Below, in pieces: positions 52,247-64,000 of a stretch of DNA of 64,000 nucleotides; position 1 is the stretch's first letter; each line of letters begins with the position of its first letter. Made by a program: the position numbers and the translations under genes. The stretch lies in contig CM052817.1 in assembly GCA_028534125.1 (NCBI GenBank), positions 124,001-188,000 of the forward strand. Direction: 5' to 3'. This DNA comes from Lama glama. Lineage: Eukaryota. The notes beneath the pieces are model-generated. The model did not search any database. It was given only the letters and a program-made list of their open reading frames with translations, and had not been told where the DNA came from.

Positions 52247-53528
52247 GTCGCTGCACCTTTTGCGTCGGTCAGCGGGGCTGCCGCCCCGGAGGTCACCACC
52301 CTTTGTGGAGACCGTGGAGATGGGCTCAGCCTCAGGCAGTGCGGTTGTGGCCTTCGATCCTGTGCCTGTGCTTCTGATTACTTAAGGGAATAACTTCAGG
52401 CTAATCCAACTTTCCAGACTCGTCACTTTAGCCCCAGGGTTCCCGTCGCTCCGGGCTGGCCCTCGGCTCCGACTCTCCCACGACCTCTGTCCTTGCACAG
52501 CTGGGTGCTCTGGCGTCTGTAGGTCCAGCAGGCGTGTTCCTGGCCCTTTTTAGACTCATGGTTTTAGGGGAAGGCAGACGAGCAGGTGTCAGCGCAGCCA
52601 AGCTCACTGGCTCAGCTGCACATGAATACTTCCTGCGGCGTGATTTGTAGGTTGCTGGTTTGAGCTGGGTTTGAATTTCCTTGGCTGCCTGCGTGTGGCC
52701 CTGAGCCACGACTGAGGCTTCATCATAGGATGGGAGCGTGGGGTCACAGGTGGAGCATCGGCTAAACGTCGGTTAGTAGCCGCCTTGGGTCCCGGAGTTG
52801 GCCTTCCCGCCCACGCTTGGATGCAGCCTGCAGCAAGGCTGAGTGCCCACAGGAGGTGGCGTGGTGACCATCACCCTCTCGGGTAGGGACCCTCTCCCTG
52901 TGGTGGGCGGCTCGAGCGAGCTGTGACAGCTGTTCCTGGACGCCAGGGTGGCCCCGCAGCAGGTGTGCAGACGACGTGAACTCCGGCGCCCCTCTGCTTA
53001 CTCCGAGATGTCTCTGTCCCAGGAGGATCCAGCGTGGCTATGCAGGGAGTCGGGAGAACCAGCGGCACTTCAGGTCGCTGGGCTGCGCTGTAGGGGTGGG
53101 GCTGCTAGGCCAGGTCCCCCGGCCGGCTTCCCAGTGGTCAGCGAGGTGAGGGGTCTGCCAGGCCAGCGGTGGGGCTTCCTGACCCACTGCCAGGGACAGA
53201 TGATGGCTCAGTCCTGGACACCGGCCTGAGGGGTGAAACCATGTCCTCTCTTCCTGGCCCCGCAGCCCCAGGTCTGCATGGCGGGCGCTGCCAGGGCCCA
53301 GTACGTCCGGGCGATAGGGGTTCCCACTCCCTGGCGCTTCCCACTGGCCGCCGCTGGCCGCTGCCCCAAAATTCTGTGAGCGGTGTCCGGCTGTGTTACT
53401 TTTTCATCAGTCGCAGCTTCAAAGCCTTGTGATCCAGGTCTGCGATTTCCTTCCCGTGATGTCCATGAGCATTCTGATGTAATCCGTTGCCTGCTTAAGA
53501 CTAAGGATTGTGTGTTACTTTTTAATAG

Positions 53529-53639
53529 CGGAAATGAGAAAGCAGAGGGAATTCTACCACAGATTAGGCCTGGAAGTGCCTGGAGACACGAAGGGGGAGG
53601 CCTGTTCTGCGAAACCACACTTAGATTCCCATCGGAGTG
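53529..53639 (+). CDS. PCGF3: PCGF3 exon (AEMRKQREFYHRLGLEVPGDTKGEACSAKPHLDSHRS)
   Basis: AG acceptor and GTGAGT donor, 111 nt, in frame. Confidence 0.95.
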
Positions 53640-54440
53640 GTGAGTGGTCGTCTTGCTTGGGACCCCTGCTCACCTCCCCTGCGGGCGGGGTCAGGCCGCC
53701 CCCGTGCTGGGGCCGGGAAGCAGTGGCAGACTGGGGGGCTGAGTGGTAGGCCGAGTGAGGGGAGGCCCAGGGGCCCCGGCAGTGCCTGGAGGTGGGGTGC
53801 ACGGGGACCGCAGGACGTCCCAGGACTCTTCTCTTAGCTCCGTCTGTTTTGCTGCAGGATGGCAAAACACCCTTTTGGCTTTGATGTAAAATTAACGGTG
53901 CTTTAAAACCTGAACACATCGTAACAACTTTCTGAGATCTTTGATGCCATGGTATTTCTCTAGTGGACCACACAGATTCCTGGGGTTTCGGTCTGCCCTG
54001 TGCCTCTAACACTCTGAGAAGGAGGGGGAGGCCCCGGCTGGCAGCCTGGTGGGGGCTCGCGGGACCCTGGGGAAGCGAGGCCACGAGGCAGCCGGGGACC
54101 CCGGAGTCCTGTCCCCACTGCTCTCCCGAGGCGGGGTCTTTGTTTCAAAAGCGGAGCTGGGACAACACAAGTTCCAGGAGTCATGCGCTGTTTAGCGGGG
54201 CAGGTTGAGGCACTGAGCGGTGGAGGGAGGAACGGGGCGGTGGGGGCTCCTCGGGGCCCCGTCACCAGGGGCCCCGCCTTCGGATCGCCGCGTTGTAGAG
54301 ACACGCCTCAGGCCCCTGACTCTCGGACGTGCAGGCTGTTGTCACCGGGGCTCTTGCAGCGTTTCGAGTGCGCTGTGGCGCTGAGATCGCGGTGGGTATT
54401 TGGGGTTTGATGATGCAGTATTTTCTATTTTCGCTACAAG

Positions 54441-54529
54441 GAGAAACCAAAGCAGATGACAGTTCGAACAAAGAAGCAGCGGAAGAGAAGCCAGAAGAGG
54501 ACAGCGATTACCACCGCAGCGACGAGCAG
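54441..54529 (+). CDS. PCGF3: PCGF3 exon (GETKADDSSNKEAAEEKPEEDSDYHRSDEQ)
   Basis: AG/GT boundaries, 89 nt, in frame. Confidence 0.95.
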
Positions 54530-55539
54530 GTGGGCAGAGGGGCCCCGGGGACCCCCGGTGCCCTCCCCTGAAGCCCAGGAGGAGGCCGGAGACGCTAGCG
54601 TGTCCGCAACTTTCTTAGTTCTTTCCTCCAGCTCTTTCCTTTTCCCTCTTTTTTTAATTGACAAGGTAGTACACGCTCACTGTAGAACACGTGAAGTGTA
54701 AAAAGGTTAAAAGTTTGCCCTCCACCCACCATGGGCGTCCTCAGCCCACTGCCCAGGTGGTCACGCGAGGCGTGTGGGGCCGGGCGTCTTCCGTGCATGT
54801 GCGGACATTATGCAAAAGAAAATGGAATTGCAGGGCATGAAAAGACGGTGAAAATGTAACATGCAGGGGTCTGTTCATGTGTCACTTGCTACATTTTCAG
54901 ATTAAAGGAAAACTAAATAATCACGGAGATGCCATGAAAGAATTTGATTAAGTCCCATCTACAGAACTTTTTATTAGTGTCTTAACTTGAAAGCTGCAGC
55001 AGTCATCGTACTTTATGATGAAACAGAAGTGTCCCTTTAGTGTCAGAAACAGGGAAATGTCTGTTCTCAGCTGTTACTCAAGAAGATTCAGGAGACCCTA
55101 ACCCGTACACTCGGGACAGAAAGAATGTGGACAGAGTGCCCCGTTCTCTGGCTGCACGTGTGACGTAGCATCTCAGCCCTGGGGCTGCTCGTTCGGGTGA
55201 TGAGACCAGTGTGTCACGGTCAGTAGCATAGGGACGGGGGCTCATCCACGCAACTGATGAAAACCTTAACACAGCCTAACAAGGAGCGTGTAAGGCCGAG
55301 ATGAAGACCCCAGACCTTACGGAGGAACACGGGAGGAAGCTCCGAGTAGCTGCGTGTTCCTGGTGGGAAGGTTGGGGTTAAGATGTCAGTTCGCTCCGAG
55401 TTAATTTCAGAGGTGTGATTTCACCATTTACTGTGGAACTTAACCAGCTGCGTCTGAAGCTTGTCTGGGAGAGGAAAAGCTCAGATAGCTGTGAGAAGTA
55501 GGGTGCTGGCCATACAGAATGTATGCGATGCGTCTGCAG

Positions 55540-55832
55540 ACACGCTCACACGTGCAGGCAGCGTGGAGAGACGGCTGTGGTCACGTGATTGTCACAGTGA
55601 AGTGGGTCACGTGCGCTGTTTAGTCTCGGCACAGGTAGGAGTTGTGTTCCCATTGCACTGTGCTCTGTTAAGTGTGTGACGGCATCATGCCAGAAAAACA
55701 ACACACACTCCTTGATCTAAAATTTGTAAAAAGCAAAACATGCTGTCATTCGACAACACAGGGTTGCCACAGATCTTGAATTCATAAAAAGCACGATGTC
55801 TGCAGAGCACAGCGAAGTGAGGTCTGCCTGTC
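55540..55832. mobile_element. TcMar-Tigger-like non-autonomous DNA transposon relic
   Basis: gggttgccacagatcttgaatt...tctgcagagcacagcgaagtgaggtctgcctg resembles the Tigger2/MER28-type end. Confidence 0.55.
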
Positions 55833-58374
55833 CGTGTGTGTTCTGATACACACGTGTGTATTTAATAAATGGAGGGGTCACACGTAGACACGTGCACTTA
55901 CATTTATTAAAGACATAATTAAAATGGTGTGGTTTGGGGATAAGAATAGAATAACAGAATATTAATTTTGCAGTTTACATGCTTCTGTATTGTTAAAAAT
56001 TTCCACGAGCGTCACAGACATAGGCGCACGCGTGTGCAGGACGGAAGCAGTGCCCAGGTGAACGGAGAAAAGTATAAATGCTGTGGTGACGGGCACCCCG
56101 GGGCCCGCATGCTGCTCCTCCCCTGGCTCTGACCCGGCTGGGGTACGAGTCCTCCTGGACGCCTCCCGGTGGCATTGGGGGCCCACCGGGATCCGGGGTC
56201 CGTGCTGGCCGGCCCCTCTGGGCACAGGCCGAGCGCCGCGTGTGAAGGTGCCCAGGGCTCTCCTCTCACTGAGCCCTGTTCTGTTGGGTTAGTCTCCGGG
56301 ATTTATGTTTATCGTTACTGATTTTCACCTTTTCTTTTTTATCCCAAACATGGCGGGCTTGTCTGTTCGACTGTCTTCACAAGAGCCAGTGCTGGGCGTT
56401 CATGGAGCGAGCGTCCAGGTTTTCTCTGGCTGCTTGGGCTGAAACCCTTGTCTGTGGCTCTTAGTCCCCTTTCTGCACTTAAGGCAGGTACTGTCCTGCT
56501 CTGGCAAGCAGCAGTTTCTGAGGCCGGGCTCCTCCTGGGCTGGGGGACTCCTGCCTGGCTGGGGGCGTCCTGGTGCATCCCCCCGCCTCACCTCCAGCCA
56601 CCCTCGCCTCCTCTCGGTCGGTGGGGACTGTTAACCCAGCTGCTTTCAGGCCCCAGTGATGCCCGTGCATCTGGGACTTTGTGTCGGCTCTGCCAGCCTT
56701 GTCCGTGGAGGAGCTGGACAGGGCTGTGTTTGTGAGTTTGTTCCGCCACCCTGTCCCACCGTCCCGTCCACGTGCCCGTCCAGGGAGTTCTCTGCCCAGA
56801 GGATGCAGCAGCTGCTGCCAGGTGGGACTGGGGTAAAGGCAGTTCTCGGGGGGCAGGAAGATTAGAGTGAACACTTTCAAGAAATACTGAATGTCCTGCA
56901 AGGCCCACACTCAGCCTGCTTTTGAGCAGGTGGGCGGATGGGCTGCTGCGGGGTTGCTCCACACTACGGCACGAGGAAGGGCCGCGCGGGATGTCCTGGC
57001 TCTGGGAGGGAGGCGCCACGGTCTGTCTGTGCCTGGCCTGCCCTCACCCAGGACCTGTGGCGCCCATCCTATTGGGACCCGCGGAGCTGACTGGCGAAGG
57101 TGCAGGGATGGGGCAGGGCCTGTGGCAGGGCGGTCAGACGAGGCCTGGAGGTGTGGCTGCTCTGCAGAGACCGGAGAGGCCAGGGCAGCCATGGGAGACC
57201 AGGCAGCATCCATGGCTCAGACAGGCGATGGCGCAGAGGCCAAGGGCCTGGGACGTGTTTGGAGGAGAACGTGGGGGACTTGCGGGTGGTGGGCCTGTGG
57301 GCACTTGGCTGTTTGCTGACCTAGATCACTGAATCTCCACATGTACGTACGTAGCCATAAGCACAGAACGCAGAACCTGTGTCTTTGTGCAGCTTACCTC
57401 TCCTATTAAAATCGTATTTTTGAGACTTTCTGAGGTGCACGACGTACCCACTGAATACTAGTTGGTGTGTATGACAGTTTTGCAGCAGTGCCAGGGCAGC
57501 ACTGTCTCCAGGGCTCCGCGTGCCCTGTGCTCACAGCCTTCCGGGCACTGCCCTCGGCCTCCCGGGGCGCATCCCAGCACACGTGTCCCAGACTCGCGTG
57601 TGGGTCAGCCTGTGGGCGAGGGGGGTGCCCGGCACTTGCATCCTGTCCCGTGCAAGTCGCTTGCTCTGTTCCTGGACTCTGGGTGTTGGGCGTCCCAACA
57701 TTTTCGTACTCGTTTTACGGGAGTTAGTCTTCTCTTTGCTCGTGTGTGTTTGTGTGGTTATGTATCAAGTCAAGTAAGACAAGCAAGTCTTCTTCAGTGT
57801 TTTATCCTCTACCGACGTCTGTGTGAGACGGAGACCATCAGTTTTATGGACTGTTGGTTAAACTTCCTATGAAGACGTCATACCTTGATTAAGTTTTTTT
57901 GGAGAGAGGTAGGAATATTTTTAACCACAGATTAAATTTCTGTAATGGTTTTAGTCCTTCTCAAGTCTGCTGCTTTTCTAGTTCATTCTGTTCAGTCATA
58001 TTTTCCCTAGGAACTTTCTAATTAGACTTAGGTTTCCTAATTTTTTGGCATTAAAAAGTTCATGGAATTCCTTCTTCTGCCTGTGGCTTTTGCTGCACGT
58101 ATAGTTATTTTTCCATTTCTCCTGACAGCATGAGTGTCTTCCGCTTTCTCGGTCACTCTTGCCAGATGTTTGACCGTGTTCTTTTCTGTTCGTTGTTGCT
58201 CTTAATTTCCTCTCTTCTTCTCTTTGTAGGTTCCTTCTCTTAAGTTCTTGAGTTGAATATTCATACGATTTCCAACTGTAGTAATTTGGTTCTGAATAGT
58301 TTTAAATGTTCATTATGACTTGTTTGACCCATGGGTTATTTTTTAAAGTATGAGCTGAAAGTTTTAAACATCAA

Positions 58375-59500
58375 ATCTTCCTAAAAAGCTACAGTAATCA
58401 AGACATTGTGTGATAATGTCTTCACCAGTGGTGCTGGGACAGTAGGGTCCTCACATGCAGAGATGCATTTATGCCTTTACCTCACAGCATGCCCAAGAGT
58501 TAACTCAAAATGTGAGAGAGAAAACTTGAAGGCTTCACAGGGGAACATGAGGGAAACTCTCTGGGACCTTGGGTTAGTTCTCAGATTCAAAACCAGTTGT
58601 GTTAACTCAGAAAAGAAAACTGATGAATTGACTTCATCAAATTAAGAGCTGCTGTTCTTCAAAAGACCCCGTTAAGAAATGAAAAGAGGGGCCACAGACT
58701 GGGAGGAACATGTTTTCAAATCACATGTCCGAAAAGGACTTGTCTCTGGAGTATGTAACTCTTGTAACTCAGTAAGAAGATAAACCAAGTAAGAAGTAGG
58801 CAGAAGATTTCAGTAGATATTTCACTAAGAAGACATGCAAGAGGCTAATGATCACATGAAAAGATGCTCAACATCGTTAGTCATTGGGGAAATAAGAACC
58901 CTAATGATACATGATGTTACACTCACGAGGATGGCCGCCGTCGAAAAGACACGTTGTCAGCAAGGATGTGGAGAAACGGGAACCCTCCCACTCTGCTGGT
59001 TGGAGTGTAAGTGGTGTGGCCCCTGCAGACAGCAGCTTGGCAGTTTCTCAAAGAAAGAGTTAAACATAAGTTAACCACATGATCCAGCACCTCTGCTCCT
59101 GGATGTGTGTGGAAACATGCATCCACACGAAGACTTGCTATGAACATGAACGTTCATAGCAGCGTTATTCAGAACAGCCAGCCCTGAGAACGGTCCAAAC
59201 GTCCATTGGCCAGTGAGTGGATCGACGAGACATGCTCTGTCCACACGGAGGAGCACTGGTCAGCACGGGCTGCATGCAGATGCGTCTGGAGACACGTGAG
59301 GACCACCTGTGCAGATGGACAGGGTTGCCTAGGGCTGGTGTGGGATTGGCCACAGAGGGTGTGAGCCTCATGGGGTGATGGGGACGACCTCAAACTGGAC
59401 TATGATGGTGGTCGCACAACTTGACATTGACTAAAAATCACTGAATTGCAGACTTAAAACAGATAAATGTAAATTATGCCTCAGTGAAGCTGTTAAAAAA
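58375..59500 (+). mobile_element. Old LINE-1 (L1M) 3' fragment
   Basis: aaagctacagtaatcaagaca; peptides HMKRCSTSLVIGE and CQQGCGETGTLPLCWLECKWC (ORF2 C-terminal-like); L1M-type 3'UTR. Confidence 0.88.
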
Positions 59501-60199
59501 TCACAAACATGCTTTTACGTATTTAAGTAGGTGGTGGACCCATAGCCCAAAGATCAACATGACATGACGGTCCCCTGTGCTCCCCAGCTTTGCAGTCACC
59601 TGTGTTTACAGATCGAGCATGCTTTGAGCCCCTCCTGTGTGACAGCCGCGCTCCCTGTGCAGGACGCGGTCCTGTGCGAGGGGGGGGGGGCCCAGGCCCC
59701 TCTGGTGAGCCCCTGTGCCGCCGGTGGTGCTGGGTGTGGTCGACGTCCCGCTCAGAGGCAGGTCTGCGGGGTCATGCTGCTTCGGGCCTGGGGCGCAGGT
59801 CCTTGCCCATCAGGCGTGGGGCGCGGCAGCGCCCTCCCGGCCCCACTGTGACGTGGACTGAGTCACTTCCCCTCAGTCCGCCGACGGCAGTTTGTTAGCA
59901 GAGCAGTTACTCGTAGAGATATTTCCCTCCTTCCAGAGTGTTTTCTTACTCAGATTTCTGCCTTACAAGTCTGCCTTACGTGATATTAACAGAGCTCCTT
60001 CAGCTTCTTTCTGGCTCATATTTGCCTGGTGTTTCCATTTTTTAACATCTTTCTTAAATGTGACACTTTTTACAGCAGAGAGCTGTGTTTTTTTAAAAAA
60101 TCCAATCAGAAAATTCATTTAAATGACAAACAGTTTCACATTTACTATGTTGCTGGTGAGTTGAATGTATTTCTGCTTTAGTTTGTGCTTTCTGTTTAC

Positions 60200-61545
60200 A
60201 TTTTTTAAATTTAAATTTAAAAAATGTTTTTAACTGAAGCACAGTCAGTTATAATTGTCAGTTTCTGGTGTACAACATGATGTCCCAGTCATACATACAA
60301 TACATACATTCGTTTTCATATTCTTTTTCATTAAAGGTTATTAAAAGATACTGAATATAGTTCCCTGTGCTGTACGGGAGAAACTTGGTTTTTTTTTTTA
60401 ATCTATTTTTATATATAGTGGTTAACATTTGCAAATCACAAAATCCCAAAAATATCCCTTCCCACCATCTTTCCCCCTAGTAACCATAAGATTGTTTACT
60501 AAGTCTGCGAGTCTGTTTCTGTTTTGTAGATGAGTTCACAGTGTCCTTTTTTTTTTCTTTTCTTTAGATTCCACATATAAGTGATATATGGTATTTTTCT
60601 TCCTCTTTCTGGCTTATTTCACTTAGAATGATGATCTCTAGGCCCATCCATGTTGTTTGCAAACAACATTATTTTATTCTTTTTTCTGGCTGAGTGGTAG
60701 TCCATTGTACAAATATACCACATCTTCTTTATCCAGTCATCTGTCGAAGGACATTTAAGTTACTTCCATGTCTTGGCTATTGTAAATAGTGCTGCTGTGA
60801 ACATTGGGGTGCAGGTGTCTTTTTGAATTAAGGTTCCCTCTGTATATATGCCAGGAGTGGGATTGCTGGATCATATGGTAAGTCTGTTTTTAGACTTTTA
60901 AGGAATCTCCACACTGTTTTCCACAGTGGCTGCACCAAACCGCATTGCCACCAGCAGTGTAGGAGGGTTCCCTTCTCTCCACAGCCTCTCCAGCATTTAT
61001 CGTTTGTGGGCTTTTGAATGATGGCCATTCCGACTGGTGTGAGGTGATAACCTCAGTGTAGTTTTGGTTTGCATTTCTCTGATAATTAGTGATACTGAGC
61101 GTTTTTCATGTGCCTGTTGGCCATTTGTCTGTCTTCATTGGAGAAATGCTTGTTTAGGTCTTCTGCCCATTTTTGGATGGGGTTGTTTGTTTTTTCTTAT
61201 TAAGTTGTATTAACTGTTTATTCTGGAAATTAAGCCCTTGTCAGTTGCATCATTTGCAAATATTTTCTCCCATTTCATAGGTTGTCCTTTTGTTTCATTT
61301 ATGGTTGCCTTTGCTGTGCATAAGCGTGTAAGTTTAACTAGATCCCATTTGATAATTTTTGCTTTTACTTCTATTGCTTGGGTAGACCGCCCTAGGAGAA
61401 CATTGCTGAGATTTATATCAGAGAATAATTTGCTTATGTTTTCTTCTAGGAAGTTTATGGTGTCTTGTCTTATGTCTAAGTCTCTAAGCAATTATGAGTT
61501 TATTTTTGCGTATGGAGTGAGGGAGTGTTCTAACTTAATTCTGTG
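60200..61545 (-). mobile_element. Younger 5'-truncated LINE-1, antisense to PCGF3
   Basis: ORF2 C-terminus [34 protein letters not shown]...[10 protein letters not shown] at 60828-61028; 3'UTR and T-rich end near 60200. Confidence 0.95.
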
Positions 61546-62526
61546 CTCCCTGCCTTGTGTGCCTTCTACTGAATCAGTAAATTTTATTTAATCTTTTTTG
61601 CCTGTGCTGGGCAACTAATTGGCGAGGTATATGTTTGATTTCTATTATTTTAGCAATTACAAAATTCTAAAATGAATGCATTGTTTAAAAGTCGGAAATT
61701 AATACAAGTCTCTTCCTGTCTCCTAAGCGACACGAGAGTCTTGCCCCTTCCTGGCGCCTCCTGCTCCCCAGCCAGTCGGTCAGTCAGTTGGTCAGTTGGT
61801 CAGTCAGTGGGTCAGTCGGACAGTCGGCCACTTCTCGTCTCCTAAACCCCAGCCAGTCTACCTTAAGCTCTTTCTTTCTGAACTACATCTTCTACTTCTT
61901 TGCTGTTTTCATTCCTTGTCACACACTGTCCACTCAGAGGTGACCGTGACTTTGGACTTTGTGCTTTTGCTCACGGTGTGTCCTCTGCTCAGGTGCTCTG
62001 TCCTCTGGTGAGTCTGCTGTCTTCTTTGAAGGCCAAGAGTAATGTGACTTCCTGCAAGCCTTCCTCCAGGCATTCCTGCGGACACGGTGGTGTCTGCTGG
62101 TGTGACACATCTGTCCCTGCCGTGCTTCCACAGCAGGGAGCACGGTCCATGGGGCGACGCACGTGTCCCAGCCCCCAGAGACTTCCAGAGCAGGGTTCCA
62201 GCCTTTGTCGGTCCTGCCCCGAGGCCAGCACACACTGCCACAGTGAATAAGTAATTCTTGGATTTACTTGAAAGCGCTATGTTAATAAGACAAAGCTAAT
62301 CTTGTTGGGTTATATTGCACACAATGGCAAACGGTAAGCGGGTTTTAAGATAAGCTGTGTAAAGTGATGAGAGTTCTGATTCTACAGTCAGAACAGATTC
62401 ATGATTTCGGAAAAGTCAGCATCCTCATACTTGGTGGGATTAGTACACGTCTCAGGGAGCCTCCGGGAGCGGCCCCGCCGGACCCCTATGCGGCCTCTGC
62501 CCAGCTGTGTGTCCTTTCTCTTAAAG

Positions 62527-62664
62527 GTGAGCATCTGTCTGGAATGCAATAGCAGCAAACTGCGGGGCTTGAAACGGAAATGGATCCGCTGTTCAGCCCA
62601 GGCAACGGTCCTGCATCTAAAGAAGTTCATCGCCAAAAAACTTAACCTTTCATCTTTCAATGAG
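62527..62664 (+). CDS. PCGF3: PCGF3 exon (VSICLECNSSKLRGLKRKWIRCSAQATVLHLKKFIAKKLNLSSFNE), start of RAWUL domain; remaining exons lie beyond the window
   Basis: AG acceptor and GTAATA donor, 138 nt; the six exons total 600 nt = 200 aa in frame. Confidence 0.97.
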
Positions 62665-63359
62665 GTAATAGTTGCACCATAGATAGAAACTGTGACAAGT
62701 CATTTTTTATTCATAAAAGTGGTACTTCTGAAGTTCTTTGGGTTTGTTTATTTGTTTACAACTTTTTTGGAGACTTTCAATCAGGAAAAAAAATCTCCAT
62801 TTGTTTTGCCTGCCCACAGAGAGTGTGAGCGTAAACAGCAGTGAAGGTTAGGGAGCCGCCCCGAAGGGAAGCGGGGATGTCGTGGGGCGGCAGCGGGATG
62901 TGCTAAAGGTTCTCATCACAGAGCAGTTCTGTTCTTTAATCCCACAGGCAGATGGATGGAGTGGGGGAATAGATCGAGGGGGTGGATGGAGAAGACAGTC
63001 CCGAGTTGGGGTGAATGCTGAGAATGAAATAAAGCCTGTGTCCCAGGGGTGCACAGCAGAGGGTGGGCGCATTAGGAGTCCCTGGGGAGCCCTCCGGAGC
63101 GTGTCACACTTACGCTCAGGTGTAAGTTGTCAGAGGAGCTGGCCATGCATAAGCAAGTGTAAGAGAGGGCTTTGTGGGGCCTTAAGCAGGGGATTCATGA
63201 TGTAAAACAGTCCTCTGGCTGTGAGGACAGTGGATTGTTGGGGTTCAGAGGTGGAAGCAGGAGGGGCTAGCTGGGCCAAAGCCCCAGGAGAGATGGACCA
63301 GGGCAGTGCAGTGAGGATGCAGAGAAGGGACGGCTTTTGAGATGTGTTTTAGAGAAGAA

Positions 63360-64000
63360 TGTGTTGGATTGTAGCCCCAAAGAGACGTGTCCACACCCTA
63401 ACTCCCACTGCCTGTGAATGTGATCTTTCTCTGGAAACAGGATCTTTTCAGCTGTAATTAAGTTACGGATCTGGAGCTGAAGTAACCCTGGGTAATCTGG
63501 GTTGGCCCTATACCCAGTGACATATGCCCTTACGAGAGTGAGGCAGAGGGAAATTTGAGACACTCGTATGGAGGAGAAGATGGGTGAGGACAGAGATGAG
63601 ATGGGAAGCATGTAGTCACAGGCCAAGGGACGCCTGGAGCCCCCAGAGTGAGCACAGCCCTGCTGGCACCTTGATTTTGAACTTCTGTCCTCCAGACTGC
63701 AAGAAAGTAAGCACCTGTTGTTTTAAGCCACCAGGTTTGTGGTACGTTGTCATACCTGCCACAGGAAACCAAAACCAGTCTTGGTGCTAGGACGTGGGTG
63801 CCGCTCCAGCAAACACCTAGACCTGTGAAAGCGCCTTTGGAATTGTGTAAGAGGTAGAGGCTGGAAGGACTTTGAGAAACACCATTTTTAAAGGATCTAA
63901 TTGCCTTGAAGAGACTGTCGATATAAATATGATCTTTAAAGATGACTCTGGTGAGAATCCAGAAGGAATTGAGCAAGGTGGAGAAAGCGTCTATCATCGT
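63360..64000 (+). mobile_element. MaLR MLT1-type LTR (about 63360-63775) followed by internal sequence
   Basis: cctgtgaatgtgatc...cagccctgctggcaccttgattttgaacttctgtcctccagactgcaagaaagtaa...tttaagccaccagg; then gtagaggctggaaggactttgag. Confidence 0.85.

Noticed and set aside
51600..52393. ORFs spanning the N run, and weak inverted similarity of the gap flanks
   Set aside because: The ORFs are gap artefacts; the flank similarity is too short to support
53529..54529. Several substitutions in the PCGF3 linker relative to the recalled human sequence
   Set aside because: Confined to the inter-domain linker; the RING and RAWUL parts look conserved, so this is ordinary divergence

Overview
GC-rich mammalian DNA syntenic with human 4p16.3, probably from a camelid (tentative, from one tRNA-derived SINE). 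It contains ATP5ME exons 1-3 (minus), a CpG promoter, a disrupted MYL5 (plus), an intact 10-exon SLC49A3/MFSD7 (minus, 508 aa), the PCGF3 CpG promoter and six PCGF3 coding exons (plus, gene continues past the window). It also holds L1, L2, MaLR and DNA-transposon relics, microsatellites and a 500-N gap. The main unexplained signal lies in the apparently intergenic 18.5-25 kb interval. There, a chain of minus-strand exon-like segments, several with canonical phase-compatible splice sites, translates into two degenerate extended-Tudor-like units separated by a TQT (LC8-binding-like) motif and a coiled coil. This looks like an unannotated, decayed Tudor-family gene head-to-head with PCGF3. All homology calls come from manual translation and recalled sequences; no searches were run.
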